Of a stretch of 34,219 bases of DNA, positions 33,441-34,219 are shown piece after piece. The stretch comes from Octopus bimaculoides (lineage: Eukaryota). Both the position numbers and the translations under genes were made by a program. The notes below the pieces were generated by a model that searched no databases, was not told the origin of the DNA, and was given only the letters and a program-made list of their open reading frames with translations. The stretch spans positions 74,576,658-74,610,876 of the forward strand of contig NC_068988.1 of the NCBI RefSeq assembly GCF_001194135.2. Reading direction: 5' to 3'. Numbering within the stretch: the first letter of the stretch is position 1; each line of letters starts with the position of its first letter.

Positions 33441-34092
33441 ATACTCAGCTTTGTCACACAACATGAAAATTAATATACTGATAGCAGACTTAGTTAGGAT
33501 AATGAACAACATGTCCCCACTATGCAAACCCTATGAAACGAAAAAACATGAACAGAGCTTCATGCACCGCATGCAATTCTCTAGATATGATCAGAACGAT
33601 AGGGTTTGAGTATACAGGGGTGCTAGAAAGAAGTTAGATAACATTATATGTAATTAAACCAGTGGTACCTGCCCTAGATATAGAAGCAAAGACTGGAATA
33701 GAATACAAAGAGCTTGTGACAACCAAACAGGGTGAATACGTGGTATAAAACTGACAAATATCAAGGAGTGATGTTTGTAGAGGCCACAGCCCATGGAGAA
33801 CTAGTCCATAGATTTAGGAAAGCTCTGAAGGAGACTAAACTTAACATCAAGATTGTTGAAAAGCCAGGGAACTCCATCAGATTACAACTATGTAGGACAT
33901 ACCCCTTTGAGAATACCAAATACACCAAAGATAACTGCATGGTATGTAGGATTAATCCTGACATTAACTGTAAAATCAGAAATGTAGTCTACAGCATAAG
34001 ATGCATAGAATGTGCTTGTAAAGACATGAACATGACATACACATGGGAGACATCTAGGAGCATTACGGAAAGACTAAATGAACATTTTAGAT
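33440..34092 (+). mobile_element. Penelope-like element fragment (RT thumb, Cys linker, GIY-YIG endonuclease)
   Basis: ILIADLVRIMNN.SP, FMHRMQFS.Y, VMFVEAT..GEL..KIVEKPG, NCMVC..NCKIRNVVYSIRC..TYTWETSRSITERLNEH (YxG changed to YTW). Confidence 0.88.
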
Positions 34093-34094
34093 AA

Positions 34095-34219
34095 TACTAG
34101 CAGTATAACCCGACCTTGTCCGGGTGTGACTTATTACGCCATCTACGATAAGTCTTGCTAGGTGAAAATCAACTAAAAAAGAAAGCCTTACAACGAAAAA
34201 ACCCTTATGATGTAAATAA
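34095..34219 (+). mobile_element. Probable 5' end of a non-autonomous Helitron
   Basis: tACTAGcagtatAACCCGacctt.gtcCGGGT resembles the ACTAG + short hairpin 5' ends of non-autonomous Helitrons; 3' end is outside the window. Confidence 0.45.

Overview
AT-rich, repeat-dense eukaryotic genomic DNA. The SINE/RTE repertoire and microsatellite load suggest an octopus or other coleoid cephalopod; this is an inference. The window holds the last five coding exons of a nicalin (NCLN) gene on the minus strand: 30683-30566, 15964-15801, 11887-11834, 5389-5311 and 3654-3586. They splice in frame via canonical GT-AG into the C-terminal ~160 aa, including the TM helix and a KxKxx motif. The ORF track misses all five. 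Introns (14.6, 3.9, 6.4, 1.7 kb) and flanks are a mosaic of decayed mobile elements: RTE, Tx1, R4/Dong, CR1-type and Penelope retroelements, a full-length mariner relic, a Merlin derivative with very long TIRs, a solo LTR, MITEs and several tRNA-derived SINE families. No prokaryotic features or CRISPR were found. The most unusual structures are: (1) a Gypsy gag-pro-RT relic bracketed by ~240-bp LTR-like repeats in INVERTED orientation, with a near-perfect 5-bp TSD; (2) a CpG-rich antisense solo LTR carrying CRE and NRF1-type motifs in the last NCLN intron; (3) several fold-back hairpins and repeatedly amplified RTE stem-loop arrays inside the pre-mRNA. Element boundaries are manual estimates unless TIR/TSD evidence is given. 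I cannot claim a new biological system from the sequence alone.
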